18,444 bases of DNA from Thermoplasmatales archaeon SW_10_69_26. GTDB lineage: Archaea; Thermoplasmatota; SW-10-69-26. The notes beneath the pieces were generated by a model, which saw only the letters and a list, made by a program, of their open reading frames with translations, was not told the DNA's origin and did no database searches. Positions 16,249-18,444 of the stretch are shown here, piece after piece. The position numbers and the translations under genes are program-made. The stretch is from assembly GCA_003009755.1 (NCBI GenBank), contig PXUB01000015.1:1-18444 (forward strand), given 5' to 3'. Within the stretch, counting starts at the first letter, position 1. Each line of letters starts with the position of its first letter.

Positions 16249-17403
16249 CTACTCGAGGGCCAGGCCGTTGGCGAACAGCGTACCGTCGGCGATCGCCATC
16301 GTCGAGCTGCCCGTGCGGTCGTCGAGGGACCACAGCTCCTTGCCTGTCTCCGCGTCGTGGGCGTGGATTCCGTCGCCCTTGACGTACACGATGCCGTCGG
16401 CCACGGCGGGCACGTCGCCGGGATGCTCGTCGCTCCACTCCTCCTCGCCCGTCTGGGCGTCGAGGGCGCGCAGGTGGGGGGCGCCGACGTAGACGAGTCC
16501 GTCGGCGACGGCGGGCGTGCTCTCGAGGTTGCTGTCGGTCTCGAGTGTCCACTGCTCCTCGCCGGTCTCCGCGTCCACGGCGTAGAGATTGCCGTCCTGG
16601 CTGGTGGCGTAGACCATGCCCTCGGCCACGGCGACGTCGCCGTGCATCCACGACCCGGGCTCCTCGTAGGTCCAGAGCTCGTCGCCTGTCTCCGCGTCGA
16701 GGGCGGAGACCGCCTCGGCCCGGCCGGCGGTGTAGACGGTGTCGTCGACGACGGCCGGGGTCGAGCGGACGGCGCCGCCGGTGTCGTAGGGCCACTGCTC
16801 GTCGCCGGTCTCGGCGTCGAAGGCGTACAGGGTGTCGTCGTCGCTGCCGACGTACACGTTGCCGTGGGCGACCGTGGGGGAGACGAGGATGCGCCTGTCG
16901 GTCTCCGCCGTCCAGGCCTGATCGCCGTTCTCCGCGTGGAGGGCATAGACGGCGCCGTCCGTGTCGCCGAAGAAGACCTTGTCCTCGCCGACGGCCGGCG
17001 CCGAGCGGACGTTCACGTACTCGCCGATGCCGTCGCCGTCGGTGAAGTTCCACTGGACCTCGCCGTCGTCGGAGTTGAGCGCGAAGACGCCGTCGCTGTG
17101 GGTGGCAACCACGAGGCCGTCGGCGACGACGGGTCTGTACCAGGTGTACTCGGTGGACCACAGCTCGTCGGCCGCCTCCCCGGGCCCGGTCTCGTCCTCG
17201 GCGTGGCCGGTGTTGGCCCCGTCCTGGCCGAGCATCGGCCAGCCGTCGTGGCTGCCGCGGTCGACGGTCACGCCGGGACCGGCGGGATCTGAGGCGTCAC
17301 CGGCCTCGTCTCCGGAGGCTGGCTCCTCCCCAGGGGAGGCGCATCCGGCGACCATCGTCGCAACCGCGACCACGCCAACCAGAAGGACGACGCTCCGTCG
17401 CAT
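16249..17403 (-). CDS. PQQ-binding-like beta-propeller repeat lipoprotein (BamB-like fold)
   Basis: MRRSVVLLVGVVAVATMVAGC from ATG 17403; WPMLGQDGANTG; about 7 repeats of S(T)PAVxDGxVYxxxxxxxLYAxDAETGxExW. Confidence 0.9.
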   Translation of the reverse strand: MRRSVVLLVGVVAVATMVAGCASPGEEPASGDEAGDASDPAGPGVTVDRGSHDGWPMLGQDGANTGHAEDETGPGEAADELWSTEYTWYRPVVADGLVVATHSDGVFALNSDDGEVQWNFTDGDGIGEYVNVRSAPAVGEDKVFFGDTDGAVYALHAENGDQAWTAETDRRILVSPTVAHGNVYVGSDDDTLYAFDAETGDEQWPYDTGGAVRSTPAVVDDTVYTAGRAEAVSALDAETGDELWTYEEPGSWMHGDVAVAEGMVYATSQDGNLYAVDAETGEEQWTLETDSNLESTPAVADGLVYVGAPHLRALDAQTGEEEWSDEHPGDVPAVADGIVYVKGDGIHAHDAETGKELWSLDDRTGSSTMAIADGTLFANGLALE

Positions 17404-17488
17404 GTCGGCTGGAAACCAAGCGAGGGTTTGGCTTTTTCGATGGTCGTTGGGAGAGGCTAGGTCTGCGTCGAGCTTTCCCACCCGACGC

Positions 17489-18067
17489 TTAGGAACCGAA
17501 AGCGTCGCCGACGTCGACGTCCTGCAGCTCGGACTCGTCGGCTTCGAAGAGGTCGCGAGCCTGGTAGTTCATCAGGCCCGCCACGATGTTGTAGGGGATC
17601 TGGTTGATCCGGATGTTGTAGGTGTTGACGCTCTCGTTGTAGAACTCGCGCCGGTCGGCGATCTGCTCCTCGAGCGCCGAGATCCGTTCCTGGAGCTGCT
17701 GGAAGCTGTCCTGGGCTTTCAGATCCGGGTAGTCCTCGGCGCGGGCGAAGAGGTTGGCCAGGGCCCCCTCGAGCTGGGCGTCGGCGTTGGAGGCCTCGTC
17801 GGGGTTGTCGGCCTGGCGGACCCGTTCGCGGGCCTCGGTGACCTCCTGGAGGACGCGCTCCTCGTAGTCCATGTACTGCTCGACCGTGTCGATGAGCTTG
17901 TCGAGCTCGTCGGCGCGCTGCTTGCGGAGCACGTCGATGTTGCTCCACGCCCGGTCGATGTTGCGGTTCAGCCGGACCAGGCCGTTGTAGACCATCACCG
18001 CGTAGACGACGACCAGCAACCCGACCAGGCCGCCGACGACGGTGAGAGCGATCGTGTGGACGCTCAT
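17489..18067 (-). CDS. lemA: LemA family protein
   Basis: N-terminal TM; YNGLVRL, AWSNIDVLRKQRADEL, YMDYE, AEDYPDLKA, EEQIADRREFYNESVNTYNIRI..P.NIVA; SD GGAGGT. Confidence 0.95.
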   Translation of the reverse strand: MSVHTIALTVVGGLVGLLVVVYAVMVYNGLVRLNRNIDRAWSNIDVLRKQRADELDKLIDTVEQYMDYEERVLQEVTEARERVRQADNPDEASNADAQLEGALANLFARAEDYPDLKAQDSFQQLQERISALEEQIADRREFYNESVNTYNIRINQIPYNIVAGLMNYQARDLFEADESELQDVDVGDAFGS

Positions 18068-18208
18068 GGGAACCGGTGACCTCCACCGTCCGAGGACGGA
18101 TGAACATGTTGGAATGCCACGTTCCTACACCTCCGCAGGGCGCCCGTTCGCGGGCGTCAGTACAGGTTCGGCTTCTTGCCCCGCGGCGGGGGAGACGCCG
18201 CCGGTAAC

Positions 18209-18442
18209 CTAGCTGGCCATCGCTGCCAGCACGTCGGGGTTCCGGCGGGCTGTCTGGATCGGTGTGAGCGCGACCGGGGCCTCCTCGACGCGGCGCAGGC
18301 TCGCCGATCCGCTGACCGCTGCGATCTCGTCCTCCGCGAGCCCCACGTGGTCGACGAGGTCGGCCGTCCACTGGTGCAACAGGGCCCGCGTGGGGACGAC
18401 GACCAGCGCGCGCTGGTTGCCGGCGCGGGCCCACTCGATCGC
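18209..18442 (-). pseudogene. Truncated SF2 (XPB/Rad25-like DExH) helicase fragment; 5' part outside window
   Basis: Manual translation: AIEWARAGNQRALVVVPTRALLHQW..VALTPIQTARRNPDVLAAMAS*. Motif Ia (VVVPTxxLxxQW) and a Ib-like motif are present, and the stop comes before any DExH motif II. Confidence 0.6.
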
Positions 18443-18444
18443 GC

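Noticed and set aside
16300-17100. Recurring DNA repeats (GCCGGTCTCCGCGTC-like) suggesting a CRISPR or tandem array
   Set aside because: They encode the DAETG..W blades of the beta-propeller; they are degenerate and in frame.
16249-17403. PQQ-dependent dehydrogenase activity for the beta-propeller lipoprotein
   Set aside because: Only structural repeats are visible, with no catalytic features of quinoprotein dehydrogenases; no link to the GSDH gene 15 kb away is supported.

Overview
High-GC window with acidic-protein coding, from a halophilic archaeon. The archaeal-type TyrRS, PurB and Cdc48/VAT look more Thermoplasmatota-like than Halobacteria-like; that placement is inference only. Housekeeping genes (tyrS, purB, cdc48) are interleaved with accessory envelope and signalling loci. 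(1) A roughly 11-TM Hanks-type Ser/Thr kinase is translationally coupled (ATGA) to an ArsR-like HTH + FHA transcription factor and preceded by a secreted PPC-like protein. This is a candidate Ser/Thr analogue of a two-component system, and the kinase appears to begin at a non-canonical ATC/ACG codon. (2) A signal-peptide-bearing, membrane-tethered double-wHTH regulator is flanked on both sides by long, strongly base-paired intergenic regions (candidate structured RNAs). (3) A minus-strand cluster runs lemA - PQQ beta-propeller lipoprotein - GIDE - lipoprotein - GIDE - lipoprotein, beside cdc48. It is a candidate RING-less prokaryotic counterpart of MUL1/SP1-Cdc48 membrane quality control. Also present are a partial glucose/sorbosone dehydrogenase lipoprotein, a SnoaL-like protein, two small membrane proteins (one missed by the ORF track), a decayed lipoprotein paralog and a truncated SF2 helicase. 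No rRNA, tRNA, CRISPR array or transposase was recognised. All family calls come from motif recognition by eye, not database searches.
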